A DNA stretch of 24,192 nt. Source: a virus. Taxonomy: Duplodnaviria > Heunggongvirae > Uroviricota > Caudoviricetes. This document shows positions 8,434 to 16,379 of the stretch, one piece after another. A program made the translations under genes and the position numbers. The notes under the pieces were generated by a model that was not told where the DNA came from, did not search any database, and saw nothing but the letters and a program-made list of their open reading frames with translations. Location: IMG/VR virus record IMGVR_UViG_2713896773_000026; one strand, 5' to 3'. Position 1 is the stretch's first letter; every line of letters begins with the position of its first letter.

Positions 8434-9552
8434 ATGTATCTTTTCAAGTATTACCGTCCGGACTTCTTCTTCGAGAAAGCTATTCGTTATAATGAATTAT
8501 ATTTTTCCGCTCCTGCGCAATTGAATGATCCCAATGATCTCAATATAGATTATCGCTTCGATAATAAATTGAAATTATGGGATATTTTATTGCGTTCTCC
8601 TTGCGATAAATCCTATAAAAATTTGAGTCACATATTGGATTTGAGTGATTTGAAAATACATAAGGGATTGAATCGTATTTTTAGAGGAAAAAAAATAAAA
8701 AGTAGCATTGAGTCATTAGATAGCCTGTTTGACTCACACGTTGATGAGATACGTAAGATCATAGATGATGGTTTACTACCTATCAATGTGATTAATTCTG
8801 CTATTTATGGAAATATTCCTGAACCACGCCAATATTTGGTTTCACTTTGCGAGAACAGTATCAAAGAAAGGTTGTATAGGAAGATAGTTCCTGCAGTATT
8901 CAGTGTGTCATTTTCAGCTAATGCGTTAGATCGTATGATGTGGGCGCATTATGCTGCTGGCTTTAGTGGTTGTGTTGTGATTTATGAAACGCAGGATTTT
9001 AATATTGATGGTATACCCTATACTGGAATGAAGCTAAGAGAAAATTTATTTTCATCAGATAAATTTAATTTTCCAGTTAAGCCAATAAAATATAGTAATC
9101 AGGCTAAAGAGGTTTCACTTCTAGACCCAAGCGCAAATGTTGCAGAGTTATTTTTAACTAAAAATAGATTTTGGAGATATGAAGCTGAATATCGAATGTT
9201 TATTCCGGAGGCAAATGCAGGAATAGGGAGTGAGCGGCATGTTCAAAGACGCGTAAATCGAAATATTGGACATATTTTTCATCATGATGCTAATGTTGTT
9301 AAAGGGATCATTTTTGGTCCTAGAATGTGTGAAATGAAAAAAGAAAGCATATGGAATTGTATCAAGTCAAATATGGAGAATTCAAATTCAACAATATGTT
9401 ATTTTTTTGACTCTGAGTTATTAGCATCAGGAAAGATTACTATTTCAAAAGGGCAACGAGCGGAAAAAATGAAAAATTTCACTTTGTTCAGGAACAAGTT
9501 AAGTCAGACGGAAATGGCTAAAGTTTTGAAGGAAATTGGCATTACGAACTAA
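8434..9552 (+). CDS. AT-rich cargo gene: 372-aa protein with a DUF2971-like N-terminal motif; candidate stand-alone anti-phage or accessory protein
   Basis: Long ORF, markedly AT-rich versus the prophage backbone; N-terminus LFKYYRPDFFFEKAIRYNELYFSAPAQLNDPND resembles the DUF2971 signature as remembered; own terminator downstream. Confidence 0.6.
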   Translation: MYLFKYYRPDFFFEKAIRYNELYFSAPAQLNDPNDLNIDYRFDNKLKLWDILLRSPCDKSYKNLSHILDLSDLKIHKGLNRIFRGKKIKSSIESLDSLFDSHVDEIRKIIDDGLLPINVINSAIYGNIPEPRQYLVSLCENSIKERLYRKIVPAVFSVSFSANALDRMMWAHYAAGFSGCVVIYETQDFNIDGIPYTGMKLRENLFSSDKFNFPVKPIKYSNQAKEVSLLDPSANVAELFLTKNRFWRYEAEYRMFIPEANAGIGSERHVQRRVNRNIGHIFHHDANVVKGIIFGPRMCEMKKESIWNCIKSNMENSNSTICYFFDSELLASGKITISKGQRAEKMKNFTLFRNKLSQTEMAKVLKEIGITN

Positions 9553-9618
9553 CCTAACAACAGTGCATGCCTATGCTGCCTGAATTTGCATGACCGTTTG
9601 AGGATCGTTTTTGCTAAG

Positions 9619-9642
9619 GCCCGCCAGAACTGGCGGGCTTTT
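9619..9642 (+). terminator. Rho-independent terminator after the DUF2971-like gene
   Basis: GC stem GCCCGCC/GGCGGGC with a 6-nt loop, followed by TTTT. Confidence 0.6.
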
Positions 9643-9687
9643 GCGTGGATCAGGCACCTGCATGAAAACCACTACACAAAGCGGGCA

Positions 9688-9706
9688 GGCGTGGCGGGGA
9701 TACGAG
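9688..9706. other. cos: cos-like sequence (GGCGTGGCGGGGATACGAG) in a GC-rich patch
   Basis: First 13 nt match the remembered 186 cohesive end GGCGTGGCGGGGA; the location between the accessory region and the portal side fits the P2/186 prophage map. Confidence 0.35.
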
Positions 9707-9719
9707 CGCGCGCAGCGGG

Positions 9720-9748
9720 TGGAAACTCAGATTTGAATGTTGTATAAA
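9720..9748 (+). promoter_or_regulatory. Candidate retron operon promoter (-35 TGGAAA, 17 bp, TG-adjacent -10 TATAAA)
   Basis: Hexamers about 30 bp upstream of the effector start; weak -35. Confidence 0.25.
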
Positions 9749-9777
9749 AGATGGGATCATTCTGAGGAAAAGTGGAT

Positions 9778-10683
9778 ATGAAAAAGAAAACTATTCCGGA
9801 GTTGCAGAAGCAAAATCTGGCAAATTTAATTAAAAGTCGGCTTTTTCAACAGAAAAATAAAAATAAAGTTACTGTTTTCCTTTGCGGGGGCGATTTGAAT
9901 GATCCGTTTTTTTGTAGAAATAAAGTTAAAAGAGTGTTGGAAACACATCCCAAAATAGAAATATTCTATCCTGAGGAGTTGTTTGATGAGCTTTTGTATG
10001 GACAAGGTCAGCATAGTCTTTTAAGTTTGGAGAATATTTTAGCTGATTCAGTCGATGTTATTATTATTATTCCTGAAAGCCCAGGGTCTTTCGCTGAATT
10101 GGGCGCATTTTCAAATAATGAAAAACTGTGCAAAAAAATGATATGTCTTCAGGATGACAAATTCAAACTTAAAAAAAGCTTTCTTAATTATGGGCCTATA
10201 AAACTGCTTCGGCGTGCTAATAGCGGTGCAGTATTGCGAGGAGATTTGTCGACTCTTGAAAGCTTGAGTACAGGTAAAGCTTTTTATAATAGAATTATAA
10301 AAAGTATTAATGACATCAAAAAAAATAACCCAGTTAATCACTCAATAGATAATATTCTTCACGCTCGGCGTTTTATACTGCCATGTATATATTTGATGGA
10401 TGGTATAGATAATATACTTCTATATGAGCTATTACATTTGGTGACTAAGAAAGATGCTATTCTTTGTGAAATTATCGTTAAGTCTGTTATTTCAAGCTTG
10501 ATTAAAGAGTCAATAATTAGGCGTTCAGTTCAAGGATACCATATTACAGAAATTGGTATGCAATACGTTCTTGAGCATTTTGATCGAAAGGCTTTGGACA
10601 ATCTACGACTGGATATGATGAACTTCGAAAATCGTGGTAAAACAATACTCCACTATGATAGGATGCGTTTTGCGCACCCTTAG
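9778..10683 (+). CDS. Retron effector, nucleoside 2-deoxyribosyltransferase-like (NDT) N-terminal domain with a C-terminal putative DNA-binding domain
   Basis: VTVFLCGGDLNDP and IIIIPESPGSFAELGAF motifs typical of the NDT fold; GAGGAAA RBS; 3' end overlaps the retron a1 repeat; AT-rich. Confidence 0.7.
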   Translation: MKKKTIPELQKQNLANLIKSRLFQQKNKNKVTVFLCGGDLNDPFFCRNKVKRVLETHPKIEIFYPEELFDELLYGQGQHSLLSLENILADSVDVIIIIPESPGSFAELGAFSNNEKLCKKMICLQDDKFKLKKSFLNYGPIKLLRRANSGAVLRGDLSTLESLSTGKAFYNRIIKSINDIKKNNPVNHSIDNILHARRFILPCIYLMDGIDNILLYELLHLVTKKDAILCEIIVKSVISSLIKESIIRRSVQGYHITEIGMQYVLEHFDRKALDNLRLDMMNFENRGKTILHYDRMRFAHP

Positions 10684-10831
10684 CGAGTGGCTTCTCCGGA
10701 AGTTCACTGGACAGTGTTTCGCTGTCCTACATACAATCTGAAGTTTTACCAGTTCCCTCATTGAAAGGAGAACATCTCCCGATGTTCTCCTTTCACTTCG
10801 GAATCTGATTTTTATGACGTAAGGGTGCGCT
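10671..10831 (+). ncRNA. msr-msd: Retron msr-msd non-coding RNA (msDNA template), flanked by a1/a2 inverted repeats
   Basis: a1 TGCGCACCCTTA (10671..10682) and a2 TAAGGGTGCGC (10820..10830) form an 11-bp inverted repeat; msr hairpin GGACAG-tgtttcg-CTGTCC (10709..10727); msd hairpin AAAGGAGAACATC-tccc-GATGTTCTCCTTT (10764..10793); ends 2 nt before the RT start. Confidence 0.8.
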
Positions 10832-10832
10832 C

Positions 10833-11807
10833 ATGACTTCCGCAACACCATCTCAGGTTTTTCGCTTACGCAATCTTGGATTGCCTGTTATGTCCTCTTT
10901 AGAGGATATGTCTAGAGAAATGCGTTTATCAGTAGACATACTCCGGTTGTACATTTATCGTGCTGACAAATACTATAAGGTTTATTCGTTGCCAAAAAGA
11001 GATGGCAAGAGATCCCGCATCATTTCACAGCCATCACGTGAGCTGAAGGCATTGCAAGCTTGGGTGTTAAGAAACATCCTTGATAAGTTACATTCATCCC
11101 CATTTTCCAAAGGCTTTGAAAAAGGGCAATCAATATTAAATAATGCCAGCCCACATGTAGGAGCTAACTATGTATTAAATATTGATTTAGAAGATTGTTT
11201 TAATACTATTCTGATAGAGAAAATCTATACTGTTTTTCATTCTCTGGGGTATAACTCTACTATTTCTAATGCTTTAGCAAGATTGTGTTCATTTAATGGT
11301 TCGCTACCTCAAGGTGCACCATCTTCTCCAAAGATTGCGAATCTTGTTTTAACTAAATTAGATTATAGAATACATGGATATGCAGGTAGTAAGGGGATCG
11401 TATTTACTCGATATGCCGATGATTTGACTTTATCTGCTCAATCTTTAAAAAAAATACTTAAAGCTAAGTCATTTGTATGCTCTATAATACCAAGTGAATC
11501 TTTGAAGGTTAATTATAATAAAGTTGCGATTCATGGCCCCAAAGCAAGGAAGGAGGTTACTGGGCTCGTTTTATCTATTGATAATGTTGGAGTTGGCAGA
11601 ATACGTTATCGCGAAATTAGAAGTAAGATCCATTATCTGGCAGTAAAAAGAAATTCTGATTTCGAACATGTTAAAGGACTTATTGCGTTTGTTAAAAGTG
11701 TAGACAAGAAAAACTATAGAAAATTGATGACTTTCTCAAATAAAATGTCTGAAGCATATGGGGTTGATCTAAGTGTTCTTTTTCCTAAAAACAAAAAGGC
11801 CATTTAA
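10833..11807 (+). CDS. ret: Retron-type reverse transcriptase
   Basis: 324 aa; RT motifs NIDLEDCF, LPQGAPSSP, YTRYADDLTLS (YADD at 11412..11423) and the retron-specific VTG motif (RKEVTGLV). Confidence 0.9.
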   Translation: MTSATPSQVFRLRNLGLPVMSSLEDMSREMRLSVDILRLYIYRADKYYKVYSLPKRDGKRSRIISQPSRELKALQAWVLRNILDKLHSSPFSKGFEKGQSILNNASPHVGANYVLNIDLEDCFNTILIEKIYTVFHSLGYNSTISNALARLCSFNGSLPQGAPSSPKIANLVLTKLDYRIHGYAGSKGIVFTRYADDLTLSAQSLKKILKAKSFVCSIIPSESLKVNYNKVAIHGPKARKEVTGLVLSIDNVGVGRIRYREIRSKIHYLAVKRNSDFEHVKGLIAFVKSVDKKNYRKLMTFSNKMSEAYGVDLSVLFPKNKKAI

Positions 11808-11817
11808 TGGCCTTTTT
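11793..11817. terminator. Bidirectional hairpin terminator between the convergent RT and portal genes
   Basis: Palindrome AAAAAGGCCAT-tta-ATGGCCTTTTT with A/T runs on both sides; overlaps the RT stop. Confidence 0.55.
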
Positions 11818-11822
11818 GTTTA

Positions 11823-12854
11823 TTAGGTAATTGAATAACTCACGAAATTAATAACTTCTTCATTTATCCATTCGTTCAGCTCTTCTAGTCTTTTTTGTAA
11901 AGGGATGAGTTCATTCCTCACAAAAACATTAGCAGCTTTCTCTACATCCCCAAATCCTCCAACATTATTAGGCATAATCCCCATCATTTGCGGTGGCACA
12001 CGATGCGCCGCCATCATGTCATCCCGGCTCACGTTCTTGATGTTCAGAAACTCATCCTTCGCCGCGACCTCTGACAACGGGATAATCTGAAGCCCGTCCT
12101 TTTTGCCGTTAGGCGAGTACATAAACAGGTTGCGGAAGTTACCCGGTCCTTTGGCGCTTTTCATCGCGTTGCGGAGGTTGTTCACGTCCTCCTGGTTCTG
12201 CGCGGCATCGGTCATGTACATGATGAAGCCAGCATGACTGCCGTTTATGTAATACTTTCGACGGAACAGCGTGGCGGACTCATTGAGCAGGGCGGACGGA
12301 ATAGCAGAAAGATAGCCGGGCAGGCCATAGATCTCCTGATTTATGTCCGGTTCCATCAGATGGAAAATGCTGCCTTTCGTGAACTGATACGGTTGCGTGG
12401 TCATGCCGTATTGCACAAACCAGTAGGTATCTAGGTCTAATCCACGTCGGGTGTATTTTGCCAGCGCAGGCTCAAGAGCGATAACTTCACCGAATCGGTT
12501 CGTGCGTTTCTCCAGGTAGGCGTTACCAAATACCAGATAGTCCTGCACAAAACGCGAAAAAGCCTGCTGGCTGAGCAGCGGATGAGGGATATAGGTACTG
12601 GTCAGAATGTTGCACTTTACTGCAATCGGGGAACTGTGATGCACGGCGGCGCGGAAGGTGCGCGCCAGTCCGTCAAAGCTGACGGGCGGCTCATACCAAC
12701 GGTCCATCTGTACGCATTCCACATAATCCAGCAGTTCTCGGCGGTCCAGAACAGGAACGGGATCGCCGAAGCTGAATGCTTCGGCTGTAGTTTGACTTTT
12801 AAGCTGGATCTGTTTCGTCGCCGCAGCGCGGTTCTTCTTACTCTTTCCCATCAA
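11823..12854 (-). CDS. Q: Portal (capsid portal protein, P2 gpQ family)
   Basis: 343 aa; position and orientation next to the terminase gene as in P2 (Q-P leftward operon). Confidence 0.85.
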   Translation of the reverse strand: MMGKSKKNRAAATKQIQLKSQTTAEAFSFGDPVPVLDRRELLDYVECVQMDRWYEPPVSFDGLARTFRAAVHHSSPIAVKCNILTSTYIPHPLLSQQAFSRFVQDYLVFGNAYLEKRTNRFGEVIALEPALAKYTRRGLDLDTYWFVQYGMTTQPYQFTKGSIFHLMEPDINQEIYGLPGYLSAIPSALLNESATLFRRKYYINGSHAGFIMYMTDAAQNQEDVNNLRNAMKSAKGPGNFRNLFMYSPNGKKDGLQIIPLSEVAAKDEFLNIKNVSRDDMMAAHRVPPQMMGIMPNNVGGFGDVEKAANVFVRNELIPLQKRLEELNEWINEEVINFVSYSIT

Positions 12855-14554
12855 AAAATCTCCACAATATTGCTGGTATTGGCGGATTCGCCCTGCAGCG
12901 GTTCGTTAAACAGTGCGTGCATCGTTGCCCAGGCCAGATCGGCGTGGCTGGCTTCTTCGCTGCGGCTGGCTTCATAGGTCGGGCGGTTGCCACTGGCGGT
13001 GGTGGCGCGACGGATTGCCATAAAGGACTGCGCTATGTCGGTGTGTCCGGCGTCAAACTCCAGACGGCGGTGGCTGATAATGTCGTAGGCCTTGAGTACC
13101 AGGGCGTTTTTAACGTTGGGGTTGTAGACAAACTCCCGGACGGCAGGAAAAAACGCTTTCACGTTCTCGTAAACCCCGTGACCAACGCCGGTTGAGTCGA
13201 TACCGATATAGGTCACGTTGTACTGTTCGGTCAGTTTTTTGATGGCGTCAGCCTGGGCGCGGAAGTCCATTCCGCGCCACTGGTGACGCTCAAGAATGCG
13301 GAACTTACCGCCCGGCACGGCTGGCGGCGCCACCACCACGCATCCGGCGCTGTCGCCGTTCTGCGTACCTTTCGCCGGGTCATATCCGATCCACACTTCG
13401 CGCCAGCCAAACGGGCGCAGGGCCAGTGCATGAAAGTCGGTCCAGACTTCCCAACTGTCCACCATGCACGCCTGCAGCTCGCTGAGTGGGAACACAGACG
13501 CGAGATCGTCCACGAACTCACACATCAGCAGGTTCTGGTATTCGTCCGGGCTGTACTCCATGCGCAACTGGTCGAGGTCGAACAGGTTACAGCCGCCGCG
13601 CACCGCATCTTCCACAGTGACTATCTGGCGGTACTGCCCGTCTGCGCACAGCAGGCCGGGGGCCAGATTGCTGTGGGACAGGTCGATGTCCACCTTATCG
13701 GCTTTGTTGCGCCCTCGGTTGAACAGCGCACCGGACCAGAACGGATAAGCACTGTGTGTCAGGCTGGATGGCGTGGAAAAATAGGTTTGTCGCCATTTTT
13801 TGTGAATAGCCATACCGGAAGCCACTTTGCGCAGCTCCTGGAATTTCGGTATCCAGAAATATTCATCCAGATACAGGTTGCCGTGGTAACTCTGGGCCGT
13901 GCGGGCATTGGTGCCGAGGAAGTACAGCGTGGCCCCGTTAGGAAGCACCATCGGATCGCCTTTCAGCTCCACCTCCACTTCTTTGGCGAAGTCGATGATG
14001 TACTGCTTAAAGACGTGGGCCTGAGCCTTGCTGGCGGAAAGGAAAATCTGGTTACGCCCGGTTAGCAGGGCGTCAATCAGGGCTTCACGGGCAAAATAGA
14101 AGGTCGCGCCGATCTGGCGTGACTTCAGCAGGTTGCGGATGCGGTTGGTTTTTCCGGCTTCCCACCAGTGGCGCTGGTAGTTGAACATGGAGGAATGGAA
14201 GATTTCTTCCAGCTTCTCAATCTGTTCATCGGTGAAAACGTTCTTTTCCGGCTGACGGCGCGGGCCTTTGTTGCGGTTGGCGACGTTAGGGTTTAAGTCG
14301 GCTTCGTTGCCGCCATTGTTAAACTTGCCGATCCGCGCATGGCGCTCCGACTGGCGCGCCAGCAGGTCAATCTCTTTGAAATCTTTCCCTTCTTTGTGCT
14401 CCTTCATAATGAGCTGGCAGTAGCGTGCGGCGGTGGTGAGCTGCATCTGATCCAGCGGCCCATAGTCACCCCACTTGTCGCGTTTTTTCCAGCTGTGAAC
14501 GGTTGCAACTTTCTCGCCCAGCATTTCAGCAATGCGGGCTATCTGCCCAGACAC
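12851..14554 (-). CDS. P: Terminase large (ATPase) subunit, P2 gpP family, 5'-truncated at a deletion junction and probably non-functional
   Basis: 567 aa; nuclease-domain-like segments; the upstream in-frame sequence is antisense to the sheath gene, so the native N-terminus and promoter are missing; the GTG start is an ORF-caller artefact. Confidence 0.8.
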   Translation of the reverse strand: MSGQIARIAEMLGEKVATVHSWKKRDKWGDYGPLDQMQLTTAARYCQLIMKEHKEGKDFKEIDLLARQSERHARIGKFNNGGNEADLNPNVANRNKGPRRQPEKNVFTDEQIEKLEEIFHSSMFNYQRHWWEAGKTNRIRNLLKSRQIGATFYFAREALIDALLTGRNQIFLSASKAQAHVFKQYIIDFAKEVEVELKGDPMVLPNGATLYFLGTNARTAQSYHGNLYLDEYFWIPKFQELRKVASGMAIHKKWRQTYFSTPSSLTHSAYPFWSGALFNRGRNKADKVDIDLSHSNLAPGLLCADGQYRQIVTVEDAVRGGCNLFDLDQLRMEYSPDEYQNLLMCEFVDDLASVFPLSELQACMVDSWEVWTDFHALALRPFGWREVWIGYDPAKGTQNGDSAGCVVVAPPAVPGGKFRILERHQWRGMDFRAQADAIKKLTEQYNVTYIGIDSTGVGHGVYENVKAFFPAVREFVYNPNVKNALVLKAYDIISHRRLEFDAGHTDIAQSFMAIRRATTASGNRPTYEASRSEEASHADLAWATMHALFNEPLQGESANTSNIVEIF

Positions 14555-14562
14555 AGCTCGGC
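14540..14562. other. Deletion junction joining the terminase 5' region to the middle of the tail sheath gene
   Basis: Terminase homology (minus strand) ends and sheath homology (plus strand, from [11 protein letters not shown]) begins within about 20 bp; scaffold, capsid, small terminase, lysis, baseplate and fibre genes are absent. Confidence 0.7.
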
Positions 14563-15363
14563 GTTAAACCGCGCATTCTCGGCGTGCCAGGCCACGACAC
14601 CAAGGCGGTAGCTACTGAGTTGCTGAGCGTGGCGCAAAGCCTGCGTGGATTTGCTTACCTGTCAGCGTATGGCTGCAAGACGGTGCAGGAGGCGATCACT
14701 TACCGTGAAAACTTCAGCCAGCGCGAAGGAATGCTGATCTGGCCCGACTTTACTGGCTGGGACATGGTGCTGAATGCCGAAGCAACGGCATATGCCACCG
14801 CCCGTGCGCTTGGTCTGCGTGCCAAAATTGATGAGCAGACTGGGTGGCACAAAAGCCTGTCCAACGTGGGTGTGAATGGTGTCACCGGAATTTCTGCAGA
14901 TGTGTTCTGGGATCTGCAGGACCCGGCAACCGATGCAGGTCTGCTGAACCAGAACGACGTTACCACGCTTGTGCGTAAAGACGGTTTCCGCTTCTGGGGT
15001 TCCCGCTGCCTGAGTGATGACCCGCTCTTTGCCTTCGAAAACTACACCCGCACGGCGCAGGTGCTGACGGACACAATGGCAGAAGCGCACATGTGGGCAG
15101 TGGACAAACCGCTGAACCCGTCGCTGGCGCGCGACATTATCGAGGGCATCCGCGCCAAAATGCGCAGCCTGGTCAGTCAGGGGTATCTCATTGGTGGTGA
15201 TTGCTGGCTGGACGAGTCGGTGAACGACAAAGACACTCTGAAAGCCGGAAAACTCACCATCGACTACGACTACACGCCAGTGCCGCCACTTGAAAACCTG
15301 ATGTTGCGTCAGCGCATCACCGATCAGTACCTGGTGAATTTCGCCAGCCAGGTCAGCGCGTAA
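14543..15363 (+). pseudogene. FI: Tail sheath protein (P2 gpFI family), C-terminal two-thirds only
   Basis: Clear similarity to remembered P2 FI from about residue 130 ([11 protein letters not shown]...WPDF...[15 protein letters not shown]...[20 protein letters not shown]); no native start or RBS. Confidence 0.8.
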
Positions 15364-15372
15364 GGGGACAAC

Positions 15373-15888
15373 ATGGCTTTACCACGCAAATTAAAACACC
15401 TGAACCTGTTTAACGACGGGAACAACTGGCAGGGGATCGTTGAGTCGCTGACGCTGCCGAAATTTACCCGCAAATATGAGAAGTATCGCGGCGGCGGAAT
15501 GCCGGGTGCGGTGGATGTGGATCTGGGGCTTGATGACAGTGCGCTGGACACAGAATTTTCCATTGGTGGTACTGAATTGCTGCTGTTTAAACAGATGGGT
15601 AAAGCCACGGTGGATGGCATCCAGCTGCGCTTTACCGGCTCTATTCAGCGTGACGATACCGGGGAAGTGCAGGCCGTGGAGCTTGTCGTGCGTGGACGTC
15701 ACAAAGAAGTGGATTCCGGCGAGTGGAAGACGGGCGAAAGCAACACCACCAAAGTGACCAGTACCAACAGCTACGCGAAGCTGACCATCAATGGTGAGGT
15801 GCTCTATGAAGTGGACCTTATCAACATGGTGGAAATTGTGGACGGTGTGGACCTGATGGAAGCGCACCGCAACGCCCTCGGCCTCTGA
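15373..15888 (+). CDS. FII: Major tail tube protein (P2 gpFII family)
   Basis: 171 aa; N-terminus MALPRKLKHLNLFNDGNNWQG as in P2 FII; GGGGA RBS. Confidence 0.9.
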   Translation: MALPRKLKHLNLFNDGNNWQGIVESLTLPKFTRKYEKYRGGGMPGAVDVDLGLDDSALDTEFSIGGTELLLFKQMGKATVDGIQLRFTGSIQRDDTGEVQAVELVVRGRHKEVDSGEWKTGESNTTKVTSTNSYAKLTINGEVLYEVDLINMVEIVDGVDLMEAHRNALGL

Positions 15889-15899
15889 TGTATCTGAAC

Positions 15900-15917
15900 G
15901 GCGCGGAATGCCGCGCC
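15900..15917 (+). other. GC-rich intercistronic stem-loop (GGCGCGG-aatg-CCGCGCC) between FII and E
   Basis: Perfect 7-bp GC stem; no T-run, so more likely an attenuator or RNA-stability element than a full terminator. Confidence 0.35.
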
Positions 15918-15942
15918 AGAACCTAATTTACAGGACAACAAA

Positions 15943-16245
15943 ATGAGCGATAAACAGACTGAAAAGAGCATTCAACTGGATACCCCCATCATGCGCGGTA
16001 AAACAGAAATTACCGAAATTGTGCTGCGTAAACCGCAGTCTGGTGCGCTGCGCGGCACACGCCTGCAGGCCATTATGGATATGGATGTGAACGCGATGAT
16101 GACCGTGATCCCCCGCATCTCCAGTCCGGCACTGACTGCACAGGAAATTGCAGAGATGGACCCGGCAGATCTCACTGCCATGTCGGTTGAGGTTGTCACT
16201 TTTTTGTTGAAGAAGTCGGTGCTTGCCGGTTTACCGACAGCCTGA
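15943..16245 (+). CDS. E: Tail assembly chaperone gpE
   Basis: Small acidic protein between the tube and tape-measure genes; contains a TTTTTTG slippery heptamer at 16200..16206. Confidence 0.8.
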   Translation: MSDKQTEKSIQLDTPIMRGKTEITEIVLRKPQSGALRGTRLQAIMDMDVNAMMTVIPRISSPALTAQEIAEMDPADLTAMSVEVVTFLLKKSVLAGLPTA

Positions 16246-16379
16246 CGGTTGACGATCTGGTGGCAGATATCGCCACCATTTTTCACTGGCCGCCATCCGT
16301 TACTGACGTTATGCCGCTGATCGAAGTGCTGGAATGGCGGTATAAAGCGATTCAGAGAAGCGGGGCCAACGATGAGTGA
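15943..16379 (+). CDS. E+E': Tail assembly chaperone gpE+E' (programmed -1 frameshift at T TTT TTG, 16200..16206)
   Basis: The -1 frame is open from 16206 to a TGA at 16377..16379, overlapping the T start at 16372; this is the conserved arrangement in P2-like phages. Confidence 0.6.

Noticed and set aside
9553-9771. Possible retron ncRNA upstream of the effector gene
   Set aside because: No a1/a2-type inverted repeat or msd-like long hairpin there; the region instead contains a terminator and a cos-like motif. The ncRNA signals are between the effector and the RT.
13283-14065. Plus-strand ORF of 260 aa (and several others) inside the terminase gene
   Set aside because: Antisense to a well-supported terminase CDS; composition typical of a shadow frame.
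14503-14542. MQLS... N-terminal extension of the sheath ORF
   Set aside because: This stretch is antisense to terminase coding sequence and lies outside the sheath homology; it is an artefact of the deletion, not a native start.
15391-15867. Minus-strand 158-aa ORF and plus-strand 93-aa ORF overlapping the tail tube gene
   Set aside because: They overlap the strongly supported FII CDS in other frames; no independent signals.
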